DNA of 64,000 nucleotides from an uncultured Planctomycetales bacterium (GCA_964342475.1 CAYFGE010000006.1:92626-156625); one strand, 5' to 3'; counted from the stretch's first letter, positions 40,623 to 51,306 are shown. Notes: generated by a model from the sequence alone, not told the origin. Numbers and translations are program-made.

Positions 40623-40783
40623 GAAAAATCGTCGGTTACGGCAAGCCTCTCGCCTTGCGAATGTTATGGCTGTTTCCCCTCCAGGATGCAAGTGCCATTG
40701 TCCGAAAGATGGGGTAAGCTTCCGACCCCGAGAACCCGGTCTCAACGGACCGGGAGCCTCCGTTCACGAGGAAATTCGCGTCC

Positions 40784-41989
40784 ATGCACCTCCCCCGAAC
40801 CCTCGCCCTGGCCGCCCTGGCCGCCTCCGCCGCCCTTATGGCCGCCTCCTGCGGCGGTAGCGGCGGCTCCGGCTCGACCTCGGCCGGCGCCACGAACAAC
40901 GGCGGCGTCCTGCCGACCTTCCCCGGCATCGGCACGGCCGACGCCATCTCCCCCACCGAGGTCCTGGTCTCCTGGCCGGACGCGATCGGGGGGACCGCCA
41001 ACAGCTCGGCCAACATGCGTTACCGCGTCTTCCGCGGCTTCGACAACGCCTCGGTTCTGCTGTCCAACGCCCTGGTCCACGAGACCGGCGCCGGCGTGAC
41101 CAGCTTCGTCGACCGCGGCCTGCCGCCGTTCACGACGATCTACTACCGCGTCGAGGCGGTCGACACCCGCGGCAACGTCGCGAGCAGCTCGCGGGTCTCG
41201 GCCGCGCGCACCCCGTCGACCTACATGCCCGGCTCGGCCAACTACACCAACGACGTCCTGCCGCTGTGGAACGCCGCCGATCCGAACGGCGCGACCTGCA
41301 TCGGCTGCCACGACGGCAGCGCCGCCGGCGGCCGCCTGAACCTGAGCACCGCCCTCGACGTCCTGATCGGCGTCGGCACCCTCCAGGATCCGGACAGCTT
41401 CATCATCGCCTACGACGGTGAGGGCACCTGGAACGAGTTCGTCGCCCGCTTCGTGCAGCGCCCCTTCGAGCACCGCGGCTACTTCACCTCGCCGAACTCG
41501 GTGCTGGCCATCGAGGAGCCGCTGAGCAACTGGGTCGACGAAGGCGCCCTGTCCTCTCCGGACGGCACCCCGCCGGTCTTCAAGTTCGACGCCATCGCCA
41601 ACGCCGGCAAGTACTACGGCCGCTTCGTCGACTACCAGACCGCCGAGGTCACCTGGTTCCACGCCTCCGACCCGGAGAGCCTGCCCTTCACCGGCAGCAC
41701 CCAGAACCAGCTCGAGTACCACGTCTACGCCGGCCTCGACAGCGCCACGATCGACTGGGAGAACCCGGTCGCCGTCGTGATGAGCCCCGAGCGCACCCCG
41801 ACCAACGACACGATCACCACCACCTTCCCGTGGACCGGCGATCGCCTGACCGTGGTCGTCCGCGCCCTGGACAGCTCCGGCCGCTCGGTCGTCCTGCCGC
41901 CGATCGGCGACCCGGGCTACCGCGACGCGCTCAAGCTGCGCTGGCGCAACATGTCGGTCAACGAGCGGGAGATCCGCCTGACCCGCTGA
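40784..41989 (+). CDS. probable lipoprotein with FN3-like modules and a CxxCH heme-binding (PSCyt1-like) segment
   Basis: Signal LAALAASAALMAASCGG. FN3-like ISPTEVLVSWPD...YYRVEAVDTRGN. VLPLWNAADPNGATCIGCHDGSAAGGRLNL (CxxCH at 41297..41311). Confidence 0.6.
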   Translation: MHLPRTLALAALAASAALMAASCGGSGGSGSTSAGATNNGGVLPTFPGIGTADAISPTEVLVSWPDAIGGTANSSANMRYRVFRGFDNASVLLSNALVHETGAGVTSFVDRGLPPFTTIYYRVEAVDTRGNVASSSRVSAARTPSTYMPGSANYTNDVLPLWNAADPNGATCIGCHDGSAAGGRLNLSTALDVLIGVGTLQDPDSFIIAYDGEGTWNEFVARFVQRPFEHRGYFTSPNSVLAIEEPLSNWVDEGALSSPDGTPPVFKFDAIANAGKYYGRFVDYQTAEVTWFHASDPESLPFTGSTQNQLEYHVYAGLDSATIDWENPVAVVMSPERTPTNDTITTTFPWTGDRLTVVVRALDSSGRSVVLPPIGDPGYRDALKLRWRNMSVNEREIRLTR

Positions 41990-42011
41990 TCCCCCGCACG
42001 CGGGAGATCCA

Positions 42012-42046
42012 CGCCGGCCGCGGCCCTGCCGCGGCCGGCGTTCTTC
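42012..42046 (+). terminator. intrinsic terminator-like hairpin after the lipoprotein gene
   Basis: CGCCGGCCGCGG-ccctg-CCGCGGCCGGCG (12-bp perfect stem) followed by TTCTTC. Confidence 0.6.
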
Positions 42047-43400
42047 ATTCCTCGTCGTCCTCGCCGCCCTCGAGGTAGCCCAGCTCGGCGAGCTCGGCGG
42101 ACAGCGCCTCGTCGGCCACCACCTCCACCTTCTCGACCTGGCGGAAGCCGCGCTGGCGGAACTCGGCCAGCGCCTGCCGCAGGGCCTCCGCCCGCTCGGG
42201 AGAGGCGCCGAACAAGTCCTGCTGCTCGCCGGGGTCGGCGGCCAGGTCGTAGAGCTCCATCCCGGCGGGGCCGGCGATCAGCTTCTCGCTGCCCCGGACC
42301 GCCGCCCACAGGTGCAGCGGCTCGGGCAGGACCTGGAAGCGGTGGGCGAACAGGGTGCGGCGCTCGAAGGCCGCCGGGGCGTCCCGTTGTCCCTGGATCA
42401 GCGGGGCCAGGCTCATGCCCTCGAGGCCGGGGGGCACCTCGACCCCGGCCAGCGCCAGGGTGGTGGGCAGCACGTCGATGAGGCTGACGGAGGTCGGCAC
42501 GCGGCGCCCCTCCATGCCGCCGGGCGGCCGCACGAGCAGCACGATGCGGTTCAGCTCGTCGTAGAGGGTGAACTCGTGGCCCATCTGCCCGTGCTCGCGG
42601 AACTCCTCGCCGTGGTCGCTGATCACGACGAGCAGGGTGTCCTCGGCCCAGCCGAAGTCCTCGTAGAGCCCGCGCAGCTGCTCGTCGAGGTAGCGCAGCT
42701 CGCTGTCGTAGCGCTCGCGCATGTCCTGCACGGTGCCGCGCTGCTTCTCGTACCAAGGCTCGCGCTTGTGGTACGGCTCGTGGACGTCCATGAAGTGCAG
42801 GTAGACGAAGTCCGGCGCGCCCGGAGCGAGCAGCTCCTCGCGCCACTCCCCCATCTGCGCGGCGACCTCGGCGGCGTCGCCCTTGCGGATCTGCTCGAAG
42901 CGGTCGAAGCCGCGGTCGAGGCCGATCTCCGGGCCGACGTTGAGGTTGGTCGCGATCCCCCAGGTGCGGTAGCCCGCGGCCGAGAACAGCTGCGGCATGG
43001 TGCGCAGGTCCTCGGGCAGGCGGTTGAGCGGAAGCACCTCGGCGGCGCCCTTCTGCTCACGGCGGAGGAAGGCCAGGAAGCCCTCGATGATGCCGTGCTC
43101 GGTCGGGTAGAGGCCGGTCATCACCGAGGTCACGGCCGGCGCGGTCCACGAGGAGGTCGACAGCGCGCGCTCGAAGACCGCCGCGGTCGAGCCCAGCTCG
43201 AGCAGGAAGGGCGAGGTCTCCTTCTCGGCGCCGTAGGTCTGCATCGCGTCGGGGCGCAGGGTGTCGAGCAGGATGACGACGACGTCCGGGCGCGGGTCGT
43301 CCTCGACCGGGGCCGGCGCCGGCGCGCCGCCTTCGTCGGCGCAGGCGGGGAACAGGGCGAGGAGGGCGGCCAGGGCCGCGCAGCGGGCGCGGGCCGTCAA
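42045..43400 (-). CDS. secreted/lipoprotein sulfatase-like enzyme, Thr nucleophile position (paralog S4)
   Basis: DVVVILLDTLRPDAM..YGAEKETSPFL..SSWTAPAVTSVMTGLYPTEHG. C-terminus ...LAELGYLEGGEDDEE. TTG 43400 gives MTARARCAALAALLALFPAC (signal/lipobox-like) and forms a TTGA overlap with the ispG stop. Track start GTG 43454 would overlap ispG by 58 nt. Confidence 0.8.
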   Translation of the reverse strand: MTARARCAALAALLALFPACADEGGAPAPAPVEDDPRPDVVVILLDTLRPDAMQTYGAEKETSPFLLELGSTAAVFERALSTSSWTAPAVTSVMTGLYPTEHGIIEGFLAFLRREQKGAAEVLPLNRLPEDLRTMPQLFSAAGYRTWGIATNLNVGPEIGLDRGFDRFEQIRKGDAAEVAAQMGEWREELLAPGAPDFVYLHFMDVHEPYHKREPWYEKQRGTVQDMRERYDSELRYLDEQLRGLYEDFGWAEDTLLVVISDHGEEFREHGQMGHEFTLYDELNRIVLLVRPPGGMEGRRVPTSVSLIDVLPTTLALAGVEVPPGLEGMSLAPLIQGQRDAPAAFERRTLFAHRFQVLPEPLHLWAAVRGSEKLIAGPAGMELYDLAADPGEQQDLFGASPERAEALRQALAEFRQRGFRQVEKVEVVADEALSAELAELGYLEGGEDDEE

Positions 43401-44497
43401 ACCTCGATGCCGGATCCGGCGGCGGGGGCGCCGCGCTCCTTCTCTTCCTTCCACTGGGCGATCTCCTCGAGCAGGGCTTCGACCATCTGGTCCTCCGGGA
43501 CGACCCGCACCTGCTTGCCGTGGCGGTAGAGAATTCCCTTCCCGCCGCCGCCGGCGATGCCGATGTCGGCCTCCTGCGCCTCGCCCGGCCCGTTCACGAC
43601 GCAGCCGAGCACGGCGATCTTGACCGGCACCTTCTCGCCCTGGAGGCGCTGCTCGAGCTCCTCCATCAGGGCCTCGAGGTCGATCTCGATGCGGCCGCAG
43701 GTCGGGCAGGCGATCAGCTCGGGGCTGGTCACCCGCGCCCCGGTGGCCTTGAGGATGTCGAAGGCGACCGGGATCTCGACCGCCGGGTCGGCGGTCAGCG
43801 AGACGCGGATCGTGTCCCCGATGCCGTCGAGCAGCAGCGCGCCCAGGCCGGCGGCCGACTTCAGCGAGCCGTAGCCCGGGCGGCCGGCCTCGGTGACCCC
43901 GAGGTGCAGCGGCACGTCGGTGCGCTCGGCGAACAGGCGGTTGGCGGCCAGCACGGTCTGCGTGTCGGTGGACTTGAGCGACACCAGGTAGTTGCTGAAG
44001 CCGAGCTCCTCGACCGTCTCGCAGTGGCGGAGGGCGGACTCGACCATGGCCTCGGGCGAGGGCCAGCCGTGCTTCTCGAGCAGGTCCTTCTCGACCGACC
44101 CGGAGTTCACCCCGATGCGCAGCGCCACCCCGGCGGCGTCGGCGGCCCGCACCACCTCGCGGACGCGGTCCAGCGAGCCGATGTTGCCCGGGTTCAGGCG
44201 GACCTTGTCCACCCCGGCGTCGATGCTGCGCAGCGCCAGGCGGTGGGTGAAGTGGATGTCGGCGACCAGCGGGACCGGGCAGTTGCGCCGGATCTCGGGC
44301 AGGGCGTCGGCGGCCTTGTCGTGGTTGACGGTCACGCGGACCATCTCGCAGCCGGCCTCCACCAGCCGCTGGATCTGGTCCAGGGTGGCCGGGACGTCGT
44401 CGGTGTCCGAGCTGGTCATCGACTGGACCCAGATCGGGTGTTCGTGGCCGACCAGGAGGTCGCCGATGCGGACGGTGCGGGTCGTGCGGCGGGGCAT
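43397..44497 (-). CDS. ispG: 4-hydroxy-3-methylbut-2-en-1-yl diphosphate synthase (MEP pathway)
   Basis: IWVQSMT, VRVTV, PLVADIHF, RLNPGNIG, ACPTCGR and VLGCVVNGPGEA, typical of IspG/GcpE. Confidence 0.95.
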   Translation of the reverse strand: MPRRTTRTVRIGDLLVGHEHPIWVQSMTSSDTDDVPATLDQIQRLVEAGCEMVRVTVNHDKAADALPEIRRNCPVPLVADIHFTHRLALRSIDAGVDKVRLNPGNIGSLDRVREVVRAADAAGVALRIGVNSGSVEKDLLEKHGWPSPEAMVESALRHCETVEELGFSNYLVSLKSTDTQTVLAANRLFAERTDVPLHLGVTEAGRPGYGSLKSAAGLGALLLDGIGDTIRVSLTADPAVEIPVAFDILKATGARVTSPELIACPTCGRIEIDLEALMEELEQRLQGEKVPVKIAVLGCVVNGPGEAQEADIGIAGGGGKGILYRHGKQVRVVPEDQMVEALLEEIAQWKEEKERGAPAAGSGIEV

Positions 44498-44513
44498 GGT
44501 TCTCCGGGCGGCG

Positions 44514-44519
44514 ATTCTA
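44514..44519 (-). promoter_or_regulatory. candidate -10 box TAGAAT upstream of ispG
   Basis: The reverse complement reads GGCTAGAATcgccgcccGGAGAaccATG, implying a short leader with a GGAGA RBS. Confidence 0.45.
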
Positions 44520-44607
44520 GCCGCGGGGGGCGGCAGGACCCGCCCGCGCGGATTTCCGCCTTTTCCCCCTTGCGGGACCGGGCCACCAGACCGACGATTC
44601 CGCCGAC

Positions 44608-45693
44608 ATGGCCGAACCGGCTGTCCTGCGTGGATCCTGCCACCTCCTCCAGGCCTTCGACGTGGGTTTCGAAATCGACCTGCGCAAGGCCATGGCCGCG
44701 CTTTCCGAGCCCGGCCGCACCCGCAGCTACTTCCGCAAGAGCCGCCTGCCGCTGGCCGAACAGACCCTCGGCCAGGCGGTGCGCTCGCTGCGGCGCTGCG
44801 AGGCCTTCCGCCTGGGCGCCTTCGAGACGGCGCCCGAGGTCGAGCTGACGATCTACCGCTTCGGCGTGATCAGCCTGACCTTCTCGGTGCCCTTCGAGGG
44901 CCCGGCGGGGCAGCTGCGCGAGCTGGCGGTGGCGGCCTACGACTCGAGCGAGCTCAAGGCCTTCGCCGCCGCCCGCGTCGAGGAGGCGCTGCGCGACCTC
45001 GGCGAGGCCGTCAGCCAGCCGCGCCTGTCCATGGTCCACGAGGACTACCGCCTGTTCGTGCTCGACCCGGCGGGCGGCGCCACCGTCGCCGCCCTCGAGG
45101 CCGCGCCCGACCTCCTCGCCGGCGTGCTGCGCGCCGAGGTCGGCCCGCTGGCGGCGGACGAGGTGAGCGACGCGCTCAAGGAGCGCGCCTCCTACTCGCC
45201 GCAGGAGGCGGTGTGGGTCGACTGGCTCAGCGCCGTGCTGGTCGGCGAGGACATGGACGAGGAGTGCGACGTGCTCGAGCTGGCCACCGCCGAGCTGACC
45301 GCGATGCGCTTCCTCGACGCCCAGCTGCAGGAGTCGCTCGAGGCCTCCTACGGCGTGCTCGAGCGCGCCGGGACCGGCCTCGGCCGCCTGCGCCTGCGCT
45401 CGGGCGAGCTGCAGCGCGCCGCGCGCCTGCAGGCCGACCACGCCCTGCTGCGCGAGATCGCCGACAACCCGCTCAAGCTGCACGGCGACGACTACCTGGC
45501 GCGCATCTACGACGCCGCCTCCCGCCGCTTCCGCTTCGACGCGCGCGACAGCGCCGTCGAGCGCAAGCTGGCCACCCTGCGCGACATCTACCAGCAGGTG
45601 CTCGACCTGGCCGGGGTGTTCCGCTCCGAAGCGCTGGAGTGGATCATCATCATCCTGATCGCAGTCGACATCCTGGTCTACTTCACGCCATGA
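44608..45693 (+). CDS. DUF155/RMD1-like protein with a C-terminal TM helix
   Basis: VELTIYRFGVISLTF and a C-terminal ...RSEALEWIIIILIAVDILVYF segment, as I recall for DUF155. First gene of the coupled operon. Confidence 0.5.
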   Translation: MAEPAVLRGSCHLLQAFDVGFEIDLRKAMAALSEPGRTRSYFRKSRLPLAEQTLGQAVRSLRRCEAFRLGAFETAPEVELTIYRFGVISLTFSVPFEGPAGQLRELAVAAYDSSELKAFAAARVEEALRDLGEAVSQPRLSMVHEDYRLFVLDPAGGATVAALEAAPDLLAGVLRAEVGPLAADEVSDALKERASYSPQEAVWVDWLSAVLVGEDMDEECDVLELATAELTAMRFLDAQLQESLEASYGVLERAGTGLGRLRLRSGELQRAARLQADHALLREIADNPLKLHGDDYLARIYDAASRRFRFDARDSAVERKLATLRDIYQQVLDLAGVFRSEALEWIIIILIAVDILVYFTP

Positions 45694-46409
45694 GCGCGCG
45701 CGGCGCCGGCCCGGCCCTCTCGGGGGGGATGCTCCCCCAGCCCGACCTGACCACCTGCGGCCCGACCTGCCTGCACGCGGTCTACCGCCACCTCGGCGAG
45801 CAGCTGCCGCTCGAGCAGGTCATCCGCGAGGTGCCCACGCTGCCGATGGGCGGCACGCTCGCGGTCTGCCTGGCCAACCACGCGCTGGCCCGGGGCTACC
45901 GCGCGCGCCTCTACACCTTCAACCTCGAGGTCTTCGACCCGACCTGGATGGACCTCCAGCCGGGCGAGATGATCGACCGCCTGGACAAGCGCATCGCCAA
46001 GCGCCGCGGCCGCCGCTTCCGCGAGGCCGCGCAGGCCTACCGCGAGTACCTGGTGCGCGGCGGCGAGATCTGCATGGAGGACCTCTCCGTCGAGCTGGTG
46101 CGCCGCCCGCTCGACGCCGGCGCCCCGGTCATCGCCGGGGTCAGCGCGACCTACCTCTACCGCGAGAAGCGCGAGATCCCCGAGACCAACCAGCCCGACG
46201 ACGTCGCCGGCGAGCCCGCCGGCCACTTCGTGGTGATGACCGCCTACGACCCGGCGACCCACGAGTTCGAGATCGCCGACCCCCTGCAGCCCAACCCGCT
46301 CGCCCCGGGCCCGTCCTACTATGTGGACGCGCGCCGGACGCTGACCGCGGTCCTGCTCGGGATCCTGACCTATGACGCCAACCTCCTCCTCCTCCGCCCG
46401 GGGCGCTGA
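45690..46409 (+). CDS. papain-fold / C39-like cysteine peptidase domain protein
   Basis: ATGA overlap with the upstream stop. Putative catalytic Cys in DLTTCGPTCLHAVY and His in GHFVVMTAYD. Confidence 0.6.
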   Translation: MSARGAGPALSGGMLPQPDLTTCGPTCLHAVYRHLGEQLPLEQVIREVPTLPMGGTLAVCLANHALARGYRARLYTFNLEVFDPTWMDLQPGEMIDRLDKRIAKRRGRRFREAAQAYREYLVRGGEICMEDLSVELVRRPLDAGAPVIAGVSATYLYREKREIPETNQPDDVAGEPAGHFVVMTAYDPATHEFEIADPLQPNPLAPGPSYYVDARRTLTAVLLGILTYDANLLLLRPGR

Positions 46410-47879
46410 GCGCGGCGCGCGCAGCCCCAAGGCGGTCCTCGTCGTCGACCGTGTGGAGGACTGGCCCGACCCCGCGCCCGGGGTCATGGTGGTCACCGCG
46501 CGCACCTACCTGCGCGACGAGGACTGGCAGGGCCGGCCCGGGCTGCGGGTGTTCAACCTGTGCCGCAGCTGGCGCTACCAGAGCGCGGGCTACTACGTCT
46601 CGCTGCTCGCGGTGTCGCGCCGCCACGTGCCGATGCCCAGCCTCGACACCGTGCTGCGCATGCGCTCGCGGCCGCTGCTGCGCGACCTCGACGAGGAGCT
46701 CGACCGCCTGATCCAGCGCAGCCTGTCGCACGTGCGCAGCGAGCGCTACGAGCTGAGCATCTACTTCGGGCGCAACCTCGCCGCGTCGCAGTCGCGGCTG
46801 GCGCGGCGCCTGTTCAACGAGTTCCCCGCGCCGATGATGCGCGCCCGCTTCCGCCTCGACGACGGCCACTGGCACCTGGCCTCGATCGTCGCCATCCCGG
46901 CGCGGGAGGTCCCGCCGAACCACCAGGACTTCCTGCACGAGGCCGCGCGCGAGTACTTCGCGCGGCCGAGCTACCGTCGCCGCTCGCGCAGCCTGCCGGA
47001 CACGCTGGGCATCGTGGTCGACGGCAACGAGGAGCTGGCGCCGAGCAACGAGCGCGCGCTGCGCCGCATGGAGCGCGCCTTCCGCGAGCAGGGCTTCGAG
47101 GTCGAGCGCATCGGCAAGGACGACCTCAGCCGCGTGGCCGAGCTCGACGCGGTGTTCCTGCGCGAGACCACGGCGGTCAACCACCACACCTACCGCTTCG
47201 CGCACCGCGCGGAGCAGCTCGGCATCCCGGTGATCGACGACCCCGAGTCGATCCTGCGCTGCACCAACAAGGTCTTCCTGGCCGAGACCATGCAGCTGGG
47301 CCGCATCCCCCACCCGCGCACCCTGGTCGTCGACCGCAACGACCTCGACCGCGTGCCGGACGAGCTCGGGCTGCCCTGCGTACTCAAGTACCCCGACAGC
47401 AGCTTCTCGCGCGGCGTGAAGCTGTGCCGCACGGCCGAGGAGTTCGAGACCCACGCGCAGGCCATCCTGGCCGAGTCCGACCTGCTGCTCGCGCAGGAGT
47501 TCCTGCCCACCGAGTGGGACTGGCGCGTCGGCGTGCTCGACGGCCGGGTGCTCTACGCCTGCCGCTACCACATGGCGCGCGGCCACTGGCAGATCGTGCG
47601 CGCCGACGGCAAGGGCAGCTACTCCTACGGCAAGGTCGAGCCCGTGCCGCTGGACGACGTGCCGCACGCCGTGCTGCGCAACGCCGTGCGCGCGGCCAAC
47701 CGCATCGGCCGCGGCCTCTACGGCGTGGACCTGAAGTACGTCGGCCGCCGCGCGCTGGTCGTCGAGGTGAACGACAACCCGAACCTCGACGCCGGCTGCG
47801 AGGACGCCATCCTCGGCGAGGAGCTCTACGCCGCCATCGCCCGTTCCTTCCGCCGCCGGGTCGACGCCCGCCGCCGCCG

Positions 47880-47883
<4 letters not shown>
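46372..47883 (+). CDS. RimK-like ATP-grasp amidoligase with N-terminal RLAN-type extension
   Basis: C-terminal ATP-grasp: LPCVLKYPDSSFSRGV, LLAQEFLPTEWDWRVGVL, GLYGVDLK...VVEVNDNPN. The N-terminal ~200 aa (VFNLCRSWRYQSAGYYVSLLA...) resemble the domain found fused to RimK-like enzymes. The start is ambiguous (ATG 46372 or GTG 46453). Confidence 0.75.
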
Positions 47884-49124
<1,241 letters not shown>

Positions 49125-49127
49125 GCG

Positions 49128-49835
49128 GTGGCGCGACGCGCCGCCCCGCCGCGGCTGGTCCTCAGCTGCGAACACGCGCGCGGCGCGGTGCCGCCCGAAC
49201 TGCGCGCCCTCTTCCGCGGGACGGCGGAGCTGCGCGCCGGGCACCGGGGCCACGACGCCGGCGCCCTGGCCCTGGCGCGCTCGCTCGCCCGACGCCTCGG
49301 CTGCCCGCTGCACGAGGGGCGGTGGACGCGGCTGGTGGCCGACCTCAACCGCCCGGCGGGCCATCCCGGCCGGCTCGGTCCGGCCCTGCGCCGGCTGCCC
49401 GCCGCGGAGCAGGCCGCCGTCCTCGCGCGGCACTGGGAGCCCTGGCACCGCGCCCTGCGCGCCGAGCTCGACCGGGCCGCCCACGGCGGCCGGGTGCGCC
49501 ACCTCTCCGTGCACAGCTTCACCCCCGTGTGGCGCGGACGGCCGCGCGCGGTGGGGATCGGGGTGCTCGACGACCCGCGCCGCCCCGCCGAGCGGGCCTG
49601 GAGCGCCGCCCTCCTGGCGGCGCTGCGCGAGGGGCTCCCCGGCGTCGTGGTGCGGCGCAACCAGCCCTACCGCGGCTGGACGCCGGGCGCGGTCAGCGCG
49701 CTGCGCGCCGAGCGCGGCGCGGGCTACCAGGGCCTCGAGCTCGAGGTCTCGCAGGCCCTGCTGGCCGGCCCGGAGGCCGCCGCCGTCCGCCGCGCCGTGC
49801 GGGTGGCGGTGGAAGCCAGCCTAGAATGCGCCTAG
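49128..49835 (+). CDS. N-formylglutamate amidohydrolase (FGase)-family zinc hydrolase
   Basis: LVLSCEHARGAVP, RLVADLNR and LSVHSFTP match the family metal-binding pattern (CEH...D.NR...HS). Confidence 0.7.
   Translation: MARRAAPPRLVLSCEHARGAVPPELRALFRGTAELRAGHRGHDAGALALARSLARRLGCPLHEGRWTRLVADLNRPAGHPGRLGPALRRLPAAEQAAVLARHWEPWHRALRAELDRAAHGGRVRHLSVHSFTPVWRGRPRAVGIGVLDDPRRPAERAWSAALLAALREGLPGVVVRRNQPYRGWTPGAVSALRAERGAGYQGLELEVSQALLAGPEAAAVRRAVRVAVEASLECA
49822..49827 (+). promoter_or_regulatory. candidate internal -10 box TAGAAT, 18 nt upstream of ATG 49846
   Basis: TAGAATgcgccTAGGAAGcccccgATG. The box lies inside the last codons of the FGase-like gene, with an AGGAAG RBS-like element after it. 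Confidence 0.3.
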
Positions 49836-49845
49836 GAAGCCCCCG

Positions 49846-50619
49846 ATGCCCATCCCCCTCCAAGAAGGCTGGCTCTACGGCCCGGTGAACTCGCGCCGCT
49901 ACGGCCGCAGCCTGGGCGTGAACCCGCTGCCGGTCGACCGCAAGCTGTGCTCGCTCGACTGCCTGTACTGCCAGTACGGCTTCACCCGCGCCCAGGACGT
50001 CGCCGGGCGCGCCGAGGTGCCGGGGGTGGCCGAGCTGGCCGAGGCCTTCGAGCGCGAGTTCGCCCGCCTCGCGGCCGCCGGGGATCTGCCCGACCGGATC
50101 ACGGTCGCCGGCAACGGGGAGCCGACCCTCCACCCCGACTTCCTCGAGATGTCGCGCGCCCTGGTCGCCGCCCGCGACCGCCACTTCCCGGGCGCCACGA
50201 TCGGCATCCTGTGCAACTCGATGCACCTCAACCGCGAGGACGTCGTGACCGCCCTCAACGAGTGCTACGACGAGGCGGCGATGAAGCTCGAGTGGGGCTC
50301 GGCGGCCTGCTTCGCGGCGATGAACCAGGTCTCGGAGAAGGGTTACGAGCGGGTCCTGGCGGGGCTCGAGCGGGTCGATCGCTTCGTGGTCCAGGCGCTG
50401 TTCATGCGCTCGCCGCGGGCGGACAACGCCACTCCGGCCGAGATCGAGGGCTGGCTGGCCAACCTCGAGCGGCTGCGCGAGCGGATCCGCTGGGTCGAGC
50501 TCTACTCGCTCGACCGTCCGCCGGCGGAGGCCGCCGAAGCCGTCCGCCTGGGCGGCGAGGAGCTCGCCGCGATCGCCGAGCGGGTCCGCGGCCGCGGTTT
50601 CGAGGCCCGCGTGGCCTGA
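49846..50619 (+). CDS. radical SAM protein
   Basis: GPVNSRRYGRSLGVN...CSLDCLYCQYG (CxxxCxxC) and GNGEPTLHP. Confidence 0.75.
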   Translation: MPIPLQEGWLYGPVNSRRYGRSLGVNPLPVDRKLCSLDCLYCQYGFTRAQDVAGRAEVPGVAELAEAFEREFARLAAAGDLPDRITVAGNGEPTLHPDFLEMSRALVAARDRHFPGATIGILCNSMHLNREDVVTALNECYDEAAMKLEWGSAACFAAMNQVSEKGYERVLAGLERVDRFVVQALFMRSPRADNATPAEIEGWLANLERLRERIRWVELYSLDRPPAEAAEAVRLGGEELAAIAERVRGRGFEARVA

Positions 50620-50695
50620 GGGGCTGCCGGAACGGCGGTCGGACTGCCGTTCTGGCGGGGAAACCTCCGCGGAAGCGGCTTCCTGATAATGATCC

Positions 50696-50718
50696 AAGTC
50701 ATTCTTTTTGAATGACTT
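50696..50718 (+). terminator. AT-rich hairpin AAGTCATTC-ttttt-GAATGACTT followed by aggTTTTTc (terminator of the upstream operon, or a protein-binding palindrome)
   Basis: Perfect 9-bp arms with a T-run 3 nt downstream. It lies 17 nt upstream of the -24 element of the hsp20 promoter. Confidence 0.4.
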
Positions 50719-50734
50719 AGGTTTTTCTATGCGG

Positions 50735-50751
50735 TTGGCATGGGGCTTGCA
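50735..50751 (+). promoter_or_regulatory. sigma-54 (-24/-12) promoter for hsp20
   Basis: TTGGCATGGGGCTTGCA matches TGGCAC-N5-TTGCW with a GG-to-GC offset of 12. The predicted start site near 50762 is followed by AAAGGAGA and ATG 50791. Confidence 0.75.
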
Positions 50752-50790
50752 TCTTATCGGACGTCCCTGGACCCCGAAAGGAGAACATCC

Positions 50791-51276
50791 ATGAGCCCGA
50801 CCCTCTGCAAGACCCCTGCCCCGACCCCCGCGACCCGTCGCCGCCGCAACGGCCTCGATCTGTGGGACGGCTTCTTCGACAGCCTGTTCGAGAGCCCGCT
50901 CCTGCGCTGGCCGGTCGGCGTCTCCGGCGCCCCGTCCGCCGCCCTGAGCTTCGCTCCGCGCCTCGACCTGACCGAGGGCGAGAAGGGCTTCACCCTGACC
51001 GCCGAGATGCCCGGCCTGACGAAGGAGGACATCGAGCTCGAGCTGCGCGAGGACGCCCTCGTCCTGCGCGGCGAGAAGAAGCCCGAGCCGGAGGCCGACG
51101 AGGAGACCGTGCTCCACACCGAGCGCCGCTGGGGCCGCTTCGAGCGCAGCCTGCGCCTGCCGACCGACATCGACCCCGACGCCGTCGAGGCGAGCTTCCG
51201 CAACGGGGTCCTGGTCGTGAACCTGCCGAAGGCCTCGCCGGGGGGCGGGCCGCGGAAGATCCAGGTGAACGACTGA
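50791..51276 (+). CDS. small heat-shock protein (Hsp20/alpha-crystallin family)
   Basis: alpha-crystallin domain PRLDLTEGEKGFTLTAEMPGLTKEDIELELREDALVLRGEK...GRFERSLRLP...ASFRNGVLVVNLPK. Confidence 0.9.
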   Translation: MSPTLCKTPAPTPATRRRRNGLDLWDGFFDSLFESPLLRWPVGVSGAPSAALSFAPRLDLTEGEKGFTLTAEMPGLTKEDIELELREDALVLRGEKKPEPEADEETVLHTERRWGRFERSLRLPTDIDPDAVEASFRNGVLVVNLPKASPGGGPRKIQVND

Positions 51277-51306
51277 TCCAGGAAGAGAGAGAGAAGAGGA
51301 ATATCC

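Noticed and set aside
40623-40745. ATG 40745 as the start of the GHMP-like gene
   Set aside because: The 41 codons after it have many A/T third positions and an Arg-rich, non-protein-like sequence. The coding signal (G/C third positions) begins at TTG 40622. The region is better explained as a shared divergent promoter gap.
50696-50718. AAGTCATTC-N5-GAATGACTT as the enhancer-binding-protein site of the hsp20 sigma-54 promoter
   Set aside because: It lies only 17 nt from the -24 element, closer than typical activator sites. It is followed by a T-run, so a weak terminator for the upstream operon, or a repressor/IHF-type site, is at least as likely. It is kept as ambiguous.
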